Of a DNA stretch of 64,000 bases, positions 52,145 through 60,243 are shown piece after piece; position 1 is the first letter of the stretch; each line of letters opens with the position of its first letter. Where the stretch lies: contig CANMKK010000033.1 of NCBI GenBank assembly GCA_947498455.1, forward strand, positions 2 to 64,001. The letters are read 5' to 3'. Source of the stretch: an uncultured Aquimarina sp. GTDB lineage: Bacteria; Bacteroidota; Bacteroidia; Flavobacteriales; Flavobacteriaceae. The notes below the pieces were generated by a model. That model ran no database searches and was not told where the DNA came from. It saw only the letters and a program-made list of their open reading frames with translations. The position numbers and the translations under genes are program-made.

Positions 52145-53245
52145 ATGCACATTTTACATTTATCTGCCGTTAAGAATTGGGGAGGAGGAGAAAATCATAT
52201 TGAGAACCTTTGTCAAGAATTAGCTATATCAAACCCCGAAATTAAAAACACTATTTTCTGCGTCAGAAATGGAGCTTTTCATAATAGATTAAAAAGAACA
52301 AATCTTGATTTCATTGCAGCTACCATGTTACCTAAGTTTGACCCCAGATATTTTATAAAATTAGGTGTAGCTTGCAAAAAAAATAAGGTTGATATCATAC
52401 ATATACATGATCCCAGTGCAATACTCCTTGCTATATTGGCTGATAAATTTTATAACCTACCTCCATTTGTTTTTAGTAAAAAAACTTCTTTCCCTATAAA
52501 ACAAAGAAAAAAAACACTTTATAAATATAATTACCCAAAAATCAAAAAAGTACTCTGCGTATCTGAAGAAACAAAAAAAATTGCCTCTCGTGGAATTTCA
52601 GATACTTCTAAATTAGTAACTATATATCACGGTACAAATCTAAAAACAAAAAGTACAGAAACACCTTTTCTTCTTAGAGAAAAATATAATATTTCCTCCA
52701 ATAAGATTATTATAGGAAATATAGCCAACCATATTCGAGCAAAGCATTTAGATACTTGGATTGATGTAGCTAATACCCTTATCAATGAACAAAAAAGAAA
52801 AGATTTTTTCTTTATCCAGATAGGAACATTTACCGATCGTACTGAAGCATTACAACAACGTATAAAAGAGCTTAACTTAGAAGATTATATGATTTTTCTG
52901 GGATATACTGCAAACGCATCTAATTTTTTACCTCAATTTGATATAAGTTTGATTACTTCACAAAGTGAAGGTATTCCTCAAGTAATCTATGAATCATTAT
53001 ATCATAAAACTCCTGTTATCAGTACAAATGTTGGAGGCATCCCCGAAGTTATAGATCACGATTCCAATGGCCTGTTAGCTTCTATGCACGATTATAAAAA
53101 ATTATCAGAACATATTATATACCTTTCTGAAAAGCCCGATGTACAACATTCATTTTCAGAAAACGGGTATGATAAACTTGTGAATAAATTCACAACCGTC
53201 AATATGGCAATGGAAACACTAAAAATTTACAAAAAATTACTTTAA
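52145..53245 (+). CDS. glycosyltransferase family 4 (GT-B)
   Basis: E-x7-E region SQSEGIPQVIYESLYHKTPVISTNVGGIPEVI. ATG 52145 follows the upstream stop by 1 nt, while the ORF track's TTG at 52130 overlaps it. Confidence 0.88.
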   Translation: MHILHLSAVKNWGGGENHIENLCQELAISNPEIKNTIFCVRNGAFHNRLKRTNLDFIAATMLPKFDPRYFIKLGVACKKNKVDIIHIHDPSAILLAILADKFYNLPPFVFSKKTSFPIKQRKKTLYKYNYPKIKKVLCVSEETKKIASRGISDTSKLVTIYHGTNLKTKSTETPFLLREKYNISSNKIIIGNIANHIRAKHLDTWIDVANTLINEQKRKDFFFIQIGTFTDRTEALQQRIKELNLEDYMIFLGYTANASNFLPQFDISLITSQSEGIPQVIYESLYHKTPVISTNVGGIPEVIDHDSNGLLASMHDYKKLSEHIIYLSEKPDVQHSFSENGYDKLVNKFTTVNMAMETLKIYKKLL

Positions 53246-53983
53246 ATGTCTTCAAACCTAATTAGAACATATATTAGAATATTTCTTGAAGCTTTCTTTG
53301 GTAGAAGGCCAAAAGACTTTAAAAAAATCCCAATAATTATAAATAATTACAATAGACTCAGCACTCTAAAAGTGCTTATAACTGATTTAGAAAAAAGAGG
53401 ATATACTAATATCCATATAATAGACAATCTCTCTACTTATGAACCTTTATTAAATTTTTATAAAACAACTCCTTATAAAGTATATAAACTAAAAAAAAAT
53501 ATTGGATTTAAAGCTTTATGGAAAAGTGGTTTATGGTATAGATTTATGAATAAATGCTATGTATATACTGATTCGGATATCAGTATTGTGGAGGAATGCC
53601 CAGATAATTTCCTAGAATATTTTTATTCATACCTAAAAAAGTACCCTTTAGCACATAAAATTGGGCCTTCTTTAAAAATAGACGATTTACCTGATCATTA
53701 CAAATTAAAAAATAAAGTGATCAACTGGGAAAAACAATTTTATGAAAAGACACAAGAAGAAAATATCTATATTGCACCAATTGATACTACTTTTGCATTA
53801 TATAGACCATTTTCTAGAAGAGGTAAGCGAGACGGAAGTGATTTGATGTTTCGAACGGGATTCCCTTATCAATCTCGGCATCTCCCCTGGTACGTGAACA
53901 GTCAGAATTTATCAGAAGAAGAACAATATTATATTTCTTCTACTACAAAGTCTAACTGGGCTGTAGAAGTAAATAAAAATTAA
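53246..53983 (+). CDS. hypothetical protein, possible GT-A-fold glycosyltransferase
   Basis: Its ATG abuts the previous stop. IPIIINNYNRLSTLKVLI resembles a GT2 N-terminal strand-helix, and YVYTDSDI is a possible DxD motif. No family recognised. Confidence 0.4.
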   Translation: MSSNLIRTYIRIFLEAFFGRRPKDFKKIPIIINNYNRLSTLKVLITDLEKRGYTNIHIIDNLSTYEPLLNFYKTTPYKVYKLKKNIGFKALWKSGLWYRFMNKCYVYTDSDISIVEECPDNFLEYFYSYLKKYPLAHKIGPSLKIDDLPDHYKLKNKVINWEKQFYEKTQEENIYIAPIDTTFALYRPFSRRGKRDGSDLMFRTGFPYQSRHLPWYVNSQNLSEEEQYYISSTTKSNWAVEVNKN

Positions 53984-53991
53984 TAAACGAA

Positions 53992-54564
53992 ATGATACCG
54001 GAACAACAAATAGAAACAGAAAAAACACTTACTATATTAAAAAGAGGTGGGCTTATTCTATACCCTACTGATACCGTTTGGGGAATTGGATGTGATGCTA
54101 CCAATGCGGAAGCTGTGGATAAAATATACGCATTGAAGCAAAGAGCAGAGAGTAAAACTATGATCTGTTTGGTAAGTGATTTCAAAATGTTGCAACAATA
54201 TGTAGAAGAAGTTCCTGAGGTTGCCTATGATGTATTAAAATATGCCACAAAAGCTACGACAATAATTTATGATAGACCATTGCGAGTAGCTGAAAACCTA
54301 ATAGCAGAAGATAATACACTTGGCATTAGAGTCGTTAGAGATCCATTCTGCGGAAAATTAATTCGTAAGCTCAAAAGACCTATTGTATCTACTTCCGCAA
54401 ATATTAGTGGTGCTTCCACTCCCCGAAACCTAAAAGAAATAAGTAAAGAGATTTTGGAAGGCGTAGACTATATCGTAAATTTGCCACTACAAAACAAAGA
54501 TGCTAAACCATCGGCTATTATTAAAATTGGTGGTGATAGTACGGTAAAAATTATTAGGAAGTAA
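53992..54564 (+). CDS. tsaC: L-threonylcarbamoyladenylate synthase (TsaC/YrdC family)
   Basis: Motifs ILYPTDTVWGIGCDA and VSTSANISG. Confidence 0.88.
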   Translation: MIPEQQIETEKTLTILKRGGLILYPTDTVWGIGCDATNAEAVDKIYALKQRAESKTMICLVSDFKMLQQYVEEVPEVAYDVLKYATKATTIIYDRPLRVAENLIAEDNTLGIRVVRDPFCGKLIRKLKRPIVSTSANISGASTPRNLKEISKEILEGVDYIVNLPLQNKDAKPSAIIKIGGDSTVKIIRK

Positions 54565-54572
54565 ATTGATTC

Positions 54573-56012
54573 ATGTCGGAAGTAAAGAATTATAAAGAAG
54601 CGTTAACGCATTCTGTTTTTAAAACTATTACCCAAGCTTCTGCAAACCTCCAACTAGAGAGTTATGTTATAGGAGGTTTTGTAAGAGATCATATATTACA
54701 AAGAGGAACTGCCAAGGACATTGATATTGTTACTATAGGAAGTGGTATTGAACTTGCTAAAGAAGTTTCTAAATTATTACCCAACAACCCTAAAGTTCAA
54801 GTTTTTAAAACATACGGAACAGCTATGTTAAAGACCGAAGGAATAGAGGTAGAATTTGTTGGTGCCAGAAAAGAGTCTTATCGAGAAGATAGCAGGAATC
54901 CAATTGTAGAAAACGGAACATTACAGGATGATCAGGATAGGCGTGATTTTACTATTAATGCACTAGCTTTAAGCCTTTCCAAAAGTGATTTCGGAAATTT
55001 ATTAGATCCGTTTGGAGGAATTGATGACCTAAAGTCTAAAATTATTCGTACTCCATTAGATCCTAATATTACCTACTCCGACGATCCACTTAGAATGATG
55101 AGAGCCATTCGGTTTGCTTCTCAACTAAATTTTAAAATAGAGAAAGAGTCATTAGAAGCAATATCAAAAAACAAGGACCGCATCAAGATTATTACTAAAG
55201 AACGTATTGTAGAAGAATTGCATAAAATACTTCTTAGTGACAAACCTTCTGTAGGGTTTTTATTATTAGAAAAAACCGGGCTTTTACCATATATATTACC
55301 AGAACTCATTGCTCTAAAAGGAATTGATGAAGTCGAAGGTCAACGACATAAAGATAATTTCTACCATACATTAGAAGTGGTAGATAATATTTCAGAAAAT
55401 ACCGATGACCTTTGGTTACGATGGTCAGCCTTATTACATGATATTGGTAAAGCTCCCACAAAACGCTTTAGTAAAAAAGTGGGTTGGACATTCCACGGGC
55501 ATGAGTTTGTTGGTGCTAAAATGGTGTTTAAACTATTCAAACGTCTAAAAATGCCATTAAATGACAAAATGAAATTTGTCCAAAAAATGGTGTTAATGAG
55601 TTCTCGCCCCATTGTTATAGCCTCTGAGGTTACCGATTCTGCTGTTAGAAGACTAGTGTTTGACGCCGGAGATTATATTGAAGAATTGATGACTCTTTGC
55701 GAAGCTGACATAACAACAAAAAACCCTAAACGCTTTAAGAAATACCATAACAATTTCAAAATTGTACGACAGAAAATAGTGGAAGTTGAGGAACGGGATC
55801 ATATCCGTAATTTTCAACCACCGGTTAGCGGAGAAGAAATCATGGAAACTTTTAACATAAAACCTTCTCGAGAGATTGGAACCATTAAAGAAGCAATCAA
55901 AGAAGCTATTCTCGAAGGAGAAATCGTAAACGAGTATAAAGCTGCTTATGAGTACATGATTAAGAAAGGTGAAGAATTGGGATTAAAAGTTGCTAAGCAC
56001 CTAAGAATCTAA
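54573..56012 (+). CDS. CCA-adding tRNA nucleotidyltransferase with HD domain
   Basis: Motifs YVIGGFVRD, DIDIVT and RRDFTINALA, and HD LLHDIGK. The last roughly 22 codons lie inside the tandem repeat. Confidence 0.88.
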   Translation: MSEVKNYKEALTHSVFKTITQASANLQLESYVIGGFVRDHILQRGTAKDIDIVTIGSGIELAKEVSKLLPNNPKVQVFKTYGTAMLKTEGIEVEFVGARKESYREDSRNPIVENGTLQDDQDRRDFTINALALSLSKSDFGNLLDPFGGIDDLKSKIIRTPLDPNITYSDDPLRMMRAIRFASQLNFKIEKESLEAISKNKDRIKIITKERIVEELHKILLSDKPSVGFLLLEKTGLLPYILPELIALKGIDEVEGQRHKDNFYHTLEVVDNISENTDDLWLRWSALLHDIGKAPTKRFSKKVGWTFHGHEFVGAKMVFKLFKRLKMPLNDKMKFVQKMVLMSSRPIVIASEVTDSAVRRLVFDAGDYIEELMTLCEADITTKNPKRFKKYHNNFKIVRQKIVEVEERDHIRNFQPPVSGEEIMETFNIKPSREIGTIKEAIKEAILEGEIVNEYKAAYEYMIKKGEELGLKVAKHLRI

Positions 56013-56272
56013 GCCTTAAAAATACTGCTATACATATTTAATGGTAAAACTAATTTATGAGCACATTCATTAAGAAAGGGGAAGAATTAGGGTTAAAAGT
56101 TGCTAAAAATCTAAGTCTTAAAAATACTGCTATGCATATTTAATGGTAAAACTAATTTATGAGCACATTCATTAAGAAAGGTAAAGAATTAGGGTTAAAA
56201 GTTACTAAGAATCTAAATCTTAAAAATACCGCTATACATATTTAATGGTAAAACTAATTTATGAGCACATTC
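55946..56272 (+). repeat. Tandem repeat, 3.1 copies (109, 102 and 102 nt)
   Basis: Units start at 55946, 56055 and 56157, with a partial unit at 56259. Each begins TTATGAG(T/C)ACAT. Confidence 0.9.
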
Positions 56273-56623
56273 AGAAACTTAATCATTTGGCAGAAATCAA
56301 TGGAATTAGTAACCAATATATATTCTGAAACAAAATCTTTTCCCAAAGAAGAGTTGTATGGATTAACATCTCAAATACGAAGAGCTTCTGTCTCTATTCC
56401 TAGTAATATAGCCGAAGGGTACGGAAGAGAAGGAAGAAATGATTATTTGAGGTTTTTAAACATTGCGGTTAGTTCACTTTTCGAATTGCAAACTCAATTA
56501 GAGATAGCAAAAAACCTTTCTTATATAAACAAAAACAATTTTGATATCTTATTTGAAAATACGAGAGAAATAGAGCGAATGCTCGTAAGTTATATCAAAA
56601 AGATAAAAAAGTCACCCTCTTAG
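56261..56623 (+). CDS. four-helix-bundle protein (23S rRNA intervening-sequence / Avd-like family), copy 1
   Basis: IWQKSMELV and LTSQIRRASVSIPSNIAEGYGR. About 70 percent identical to the 58346 paralog. Confidence 0.85.
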   Translation: MSTFRNLIIWQKSMELVTNIYSETKSFPKEELYGLTSQIRRASVSIPSNIAEGYGREGRNDYLRFLNIAVSSLFELQTQLEIAKNLSYINKNNFDILFENTREIERMLVSYIKKIKKSPS

Positions 56624-56669
56624 ATTCTTTGGGTCGTAGACACTTAGATTCTTTTTATAATGCTAAAAC

Positions 56670-57686
56670 ATGAAAAAAGACAACAAAAAGGTAATATATT
56701 GGCTACTAACAGGATGTTTACTCATTTTTATAATGGTCGTCGTTGGTGGTATTACAAGGTTAACGCACTCAGGTTTATCTATTTCTAATTATAAGTTGAT
56801 TTCAGGAACTATCCCTCCTATGAATGAAGTAGAGTGGAATGCTGCCTTTGATCTATATAAACAATACCCTGAATATCAAAAAATAAACAATCAATTTACA
56901 TTAGAAGATTTTAAAGACATTTATTTTTGGGAATGGTTACACCGGGTGATTGGCCGGTTTATAGGAGTAGTTTTTATGATTCCGTTTATCTATTTTTTAA
57001 TCCGAAAACAACTTACCACCCCAACTATAAAGAAATCAATTATACTTATGCTTCTGGGAGGTTTTCAAGGGTTTCTTGGCTGGTTTATGGTAAAAAGTGG
57101 TTTAATAGACAGACCAGATGTGAGTCATTATAGACTTGCTATGCACCTTACAGCTGCGTTTATAACCTTTGCTTATACCTTATGGGTAGCTCTGGATCTT
57201 ATATACCCTACTAAAAAAGAAATTGACACAAAATTTCGAAATTTAATTCGATGGACACTTGGAGTTTTGATTATACAAATTGTATACGGTGCTTTTGTCG
57301 CTGGACTAGACGCAGGTCTACTACACAATCACTGGCCTTTAATGAATGATGGAGAAATCATTCACGAATCTGTTTATATTGAACAATCTCCTTTGATAAA
57401 AAATTTTATTGAAGGAAAAAGCGGAGTGCAATTTGTACATCGTTATATCGCCTATATTGTAGTGGGACTAATTATATTCATCTGGTATAAAAGCAAAAAT
57501 ATTAAAACAGATATCACTCAAAGAAAATCTATTAATTTGGTATTAATACTTGTTTCGATCCAGTTTTTATTAGGAATTTTCACCTTACTATATAGAGTTC
57601 CAATTACATTGGGCGTATTACATCAGGTTGTTGCATTTTTCTTACTTGGAGCGATGACCTTTTCATTACATCGTTTTAGTAAATAA
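56670..57686 (+). CDS. ctaA: heme A synthase (COX15/CtaA family)
   Basis: 8-TM protein with conserved His-bearing helices HRVIGRFIG, HLTAAFI, VHRYIAYI and LHQVVAFF. Confidence 0.9.
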   Translation: MKKDNKKVIYWLLTGCLLIFIMVVVGGITRLTHSGLSISNYKLISGTIPPMNEVEWNAAFDLYKQYPEYQKINNQFTLEDFKDIYFWEWLHRVIGRFIGVVFMIPFIYFLIRKQLTTPTIKKSIILMLLGGFQGFLGWFMVKSGLIDRPDVSHYRLAMHLTAAFITFAYTLWVALDLIYPTKKEIDTKFRNLIRWTLGVLIIQIVYGAFVAGLDAGLLHNHWPLMNDGEIIHESVYIEQSPLIKNFIEGKSGVQFVHRYIAYIVVGLIIFIWYKSKNIKTDITQRKSINLVLILVSIQFLLGIFTLLYRVPITLGVLHQVVAFFLLGAMTFSLHRFSK

Positions 57687-57700
57687 TAACCGATTTATAG

Positions 57701-57708
57701 TATCTTTG
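57701..57708 (+). promoter_or_regulatory. -7 box TATCTTTG upstream of the 57729 gene
   Basis: Exact TAnnTTTG match 20 nt before the ATG. No clear -33 TTG. Confidence 0.4.
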
Positions 57709-57728
57709 CCAATCCTAAATAACACAGC

Positions 57729-58238
57729 ATGATTTACCGCTTTAGAATTATCCTGGATACAGAAGAAGATGTATTCAGAGATATTGAAATCGAACAAAAC
57801 GCTAGTTTAGAGCAGTTCCACAATGTTATTAACCAATCCTTTGGTTTTGATGGTATGGAAATGGCTTCATTCTATGTGAGTGACGAACAATGGAATCAAG
57901 GAGAAGAAATATCTCTTTTTGATATGAGTGATGGCAGTCAACCTGTCAAATTAATGAATGAGACTATTTTAAAAGATATTGTCCACGAAGCATCACCTAG
58001 ATTAATATACGTCTATGATTTTCTAAACATGTGGACATTCTTAGTAGAACTTGCAGAAATAGCAGAGTATGAAAACGGTAGAGAATATCCTAATGTCATG
58101 TATATTCATGGTCAGTTACCAGATAATGCTCCCGAAAAAGAATTTAAAGCCGATGAAAACGTAGGAGATACAGAAGAAGATGAGTTTATGGGCTTAGATG
58201 ATTACGAAGAGTTAGGGTTTGATGAAAATTGGAATTAG
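57729..58238 (+). CDS. pRiA4b-ORF3-like (IS1096 passenger TnpR-type) domain protein with an acidic tail
   Basis: IYRFRIILDTEEDVFRDIEIEQNASLEQFHNVINQSFGFDG follows the pattern of that domain. Assignment is from memory. Confidence 0.5.
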   Translation: MIYRFRIILDTEEDVFRDIEIEQNASLEQFHNVINQSFGFDGMEMASFYVSDEQWNQGEEISLFDMSDGSQPVKLMNETILKDIVHEASPRLIYVYDFLNMWTFLVELAEIAEYENGREYPNVMYIHGQLPDNAPEKEFKADENVGDTEEDEFMGLDDYEELGFDENWN

Positions 58239-58345
58239 TTTTTTAAAGTAACAAAGTGTCAAAGAATCTGAGATTCTAAGGAATAAAATCTTTATAATAA
58301 AACAGACATAAATCCATCATTTAAATAAAAAATAAACTAAAATTT

Positions 58346-58702
58346 TTGAGCACATATAGAGATTTAAAAATTTGGCAAAAATCCATTGCCCTAGTTACAA
58401 AAGTTTATGAAAAAACCAACACTTTTCCCAAAGAGGAAATCTATGGGTTAACTTCACAAATTAGAAGATCCGCCGTTTCAATACCAAGTAATATTTCTGA
58501 AGGATATGGTAGAGAAGGGAAAAAAGATTATTTGCGATTTTTGAATATAGCTATCAGTTCTCTTTTTGAATTACAAACCCAATTGATAATAGGAAAAAAT
58601 CTATCTTTTTTAGAAGAAAATATTTTTAATTCTTTATATGAAGATACCAGAGAAATAGAACGAATGCTATCTAGTTATATAAAAAAGATTAAAGATTCCT
58701 AG
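58346..58702 (+). CDS. four-helix-bundle protein (23S rRNA intervening-sequence / Avd-like family), copy 2
   Basis: TTG start. Motifs IWQKSIALV and LTSQIRRSAVSIPSNISEGYGR. Confidence 0.85.
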   Translation: MSTYRDLKIWQKSIALVTKVYEKTNTFPKEEIYGLTSQIRRSAVSIPSNISEGYGREGKKDYLRFLNIAISSLFELQTQLIIGKNLSFLEENIFNSLYEDTREIERMLSSYIKKIKDS

Positions 58703-58826
58703 CTAATAATAAAACATACAAAATAGTAACATCTTTACACTATTCATCTTCGAATCTTAGTTTCTTTGTAACTTAGATTCTTTATAACTTAACTTAAATA
58801 CCTTTTCAACTCAGAAACTAAAAACT

Positions 58827-59885
58827 ATGATCAATTTATATAGTACTCAGATAGAATCACTCTCCGTTCACAGAATCGGTAATAAGAGTAGAAACGAAAA
58901 TATATTTCTTTCGGATGCTCCGTATACCATTAATGATGAACTAACGGCCTTATTAAAAGAATTTTTCTTCAAACCCTTTAGAGAAAAAGAAGAGAATTAT
59001 TTTCAATTCGTAAACGAGGTAGATGTAGAGTTTAATCCACTATATAAAATCGTTACGGACATTTTTAATAACCCTGCTTCCGTTCATGAGAAATCAAAAA
59101 GAATTGCTTCCTTGCTATACGAGCAATCCCAACATCCTCATATCAAAAGTGGAGAGGTGTATGTTACCTATTTAGAAAATCTAACTATTGATAATGAAAA
59201 AGTAGAAGCGGTCGGTATCTTTAAATCAGAATTAAAGTATGATTACCTACAATTCGCAGAAAAAGGTACGAATCTAGAGTTATTGCATCAACAGGGAGTG
59301 AATCTTAATAAGTTAGACAAAGGATGCCTCATCTTTAATCATAAAAAGGAAGAAGGATATAAAATTCTATCTGTGGATTCTAATAAATACGATACTAAAT
59401 ATTGGTTAGAACATTTCTTAGGTGTAGAAGCATTTGCAGATGAAAATTTTTATACCAAAAAGTACATGAAATTTTGTCAGGATTTTGCTAAGGATGTTGT
59501 ATTACCTGCCGAAGACAAAAAAGAAGAGGTAATGTTTATGAATCGTGCGGTAAATCACTTTGCTAAAAACGATACTTTCGAAGAATCTGCTTTTCTAAAT
59601 GAGGTAATTGACAATCCAGAACTTATTCCAGAGTTTAAGCACTATAAAACAGAAAAAGCACCAAAGTATCAGATCGAAGATCTTACCGAATTCCCTATTG
59701 CAAATACTGCGGTTTCTGCTGCTAGAAAAAAAATAAAAAATACGATCAATCTGGATACCAATATTCAGATCAAAATGGATTTTATCAATCCAGAATCTGC
59801 AGAAAAATTTGTAGAAAAAGGATGGGATGAAGAAAAACAGATGTACTATTACTTAGTATACTTTAACAAAGAAGAAAAAGACTGA
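58827..59885 (+). CDS. nucleoid-associated protein (NdpA/YejK-like)
   Basis: The N-terminal IESLSVHRIGNKSRNE resembles the conserved start of this family, and the length of about 350 aa fits. Confidence 0.55.
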   Translation: MINLYSTQIESLSVHRIGNKSRNENIFLSDAPYTINDELTALLKEFFFKPFREKEENYFQFVNEVDVEFNPLYKIVTDIFNNPASVHEKSKRIASLLYEQSQHPHIKSGEVYVTYLENLTIDNEKVEAVGIFKSELKYDYLQFAEKGTNLELLHQQGVNLNKLDKGCLIFNHKKEEGYKILSVDSNKYDTKYWLEHFLGVEAFADENFYTKKYMKFCQDFAKDVVLPAEDKKEEVMFMNRAVNHFAKNDTFEESAFLNEVIDNPELIPEFKHYKTEKAPKYQIEDLTEFPIANTAVSAARKKIKNTINLDTNIQIKMDFINPESAEKFVEKGWDEEKQMYYYLVYFNKEEKD

Positions 59886-59903
59886 TAATTAGTCGATGAG
59901 TAA

Positions 59904-59952
59904 GTGAGTATTTGAGTTTTTTAGCATATATCGTTAAAACTCAAATGCTCAC
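59904..59952 (+). terminator. Long hairpin downstream of the 58827 gene
   Basis: 17-bp arms GTGAGTATTTGAGTTTT / AAAACTCAAATGCTCAC (1 mismatch) with a 15-nt loop, followed by TTATTAATT. Confidence 0.5.
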
Positions 59953-60063
59953 TTATTAATTAACCATACCCTAACTCTAAAACTCACTACCTCACCTCTA
60001 CCAAACTCACCATATCATATACAAACTAACTCACCCCTCACCTAATCATCACCTAACATACTA
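59948..60063 (+). other. 116-nt completely G-free tract (plus strand) with CTCACC and AAACTCAC motifs
   Basis: By direct reading there is no G between 59947 and 60064. Confidence 0.9.
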
Positions 60064-60243
60064 GCTGACTAATCATCTAAAAACTAACCGTAAAATACGC
60101 TAAAACCGTAATTTATAGTACATTTGTCGCTTTATTTGAAAAAAAAGTATTTTTTAGGGTAACATTTTGGTCATTAATGACATTAACAAAAAAGTATGCT
60201 AATATTTATACAAAGCAAATACACGCTATTTAATTAATGATTT

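Noticed and set aside
55946-56272. Possible CRISPR array because of regular ~102-nt periodicity
   Set aside because: The units are contiguous copies of the same sequence with no unique spacers. The period is far longer than repeat plus spacer would suggest for short repeats. No cas genes are present. It is a tandem duplication.
56261-58702. Diversity-generating retroelement, because the four-helix-bundle proteins are Avd-like
   Set aside because: No reverse transcriptase ORF, no template/variable repeat pair and no C-type-lectin target gene is visible in the window.
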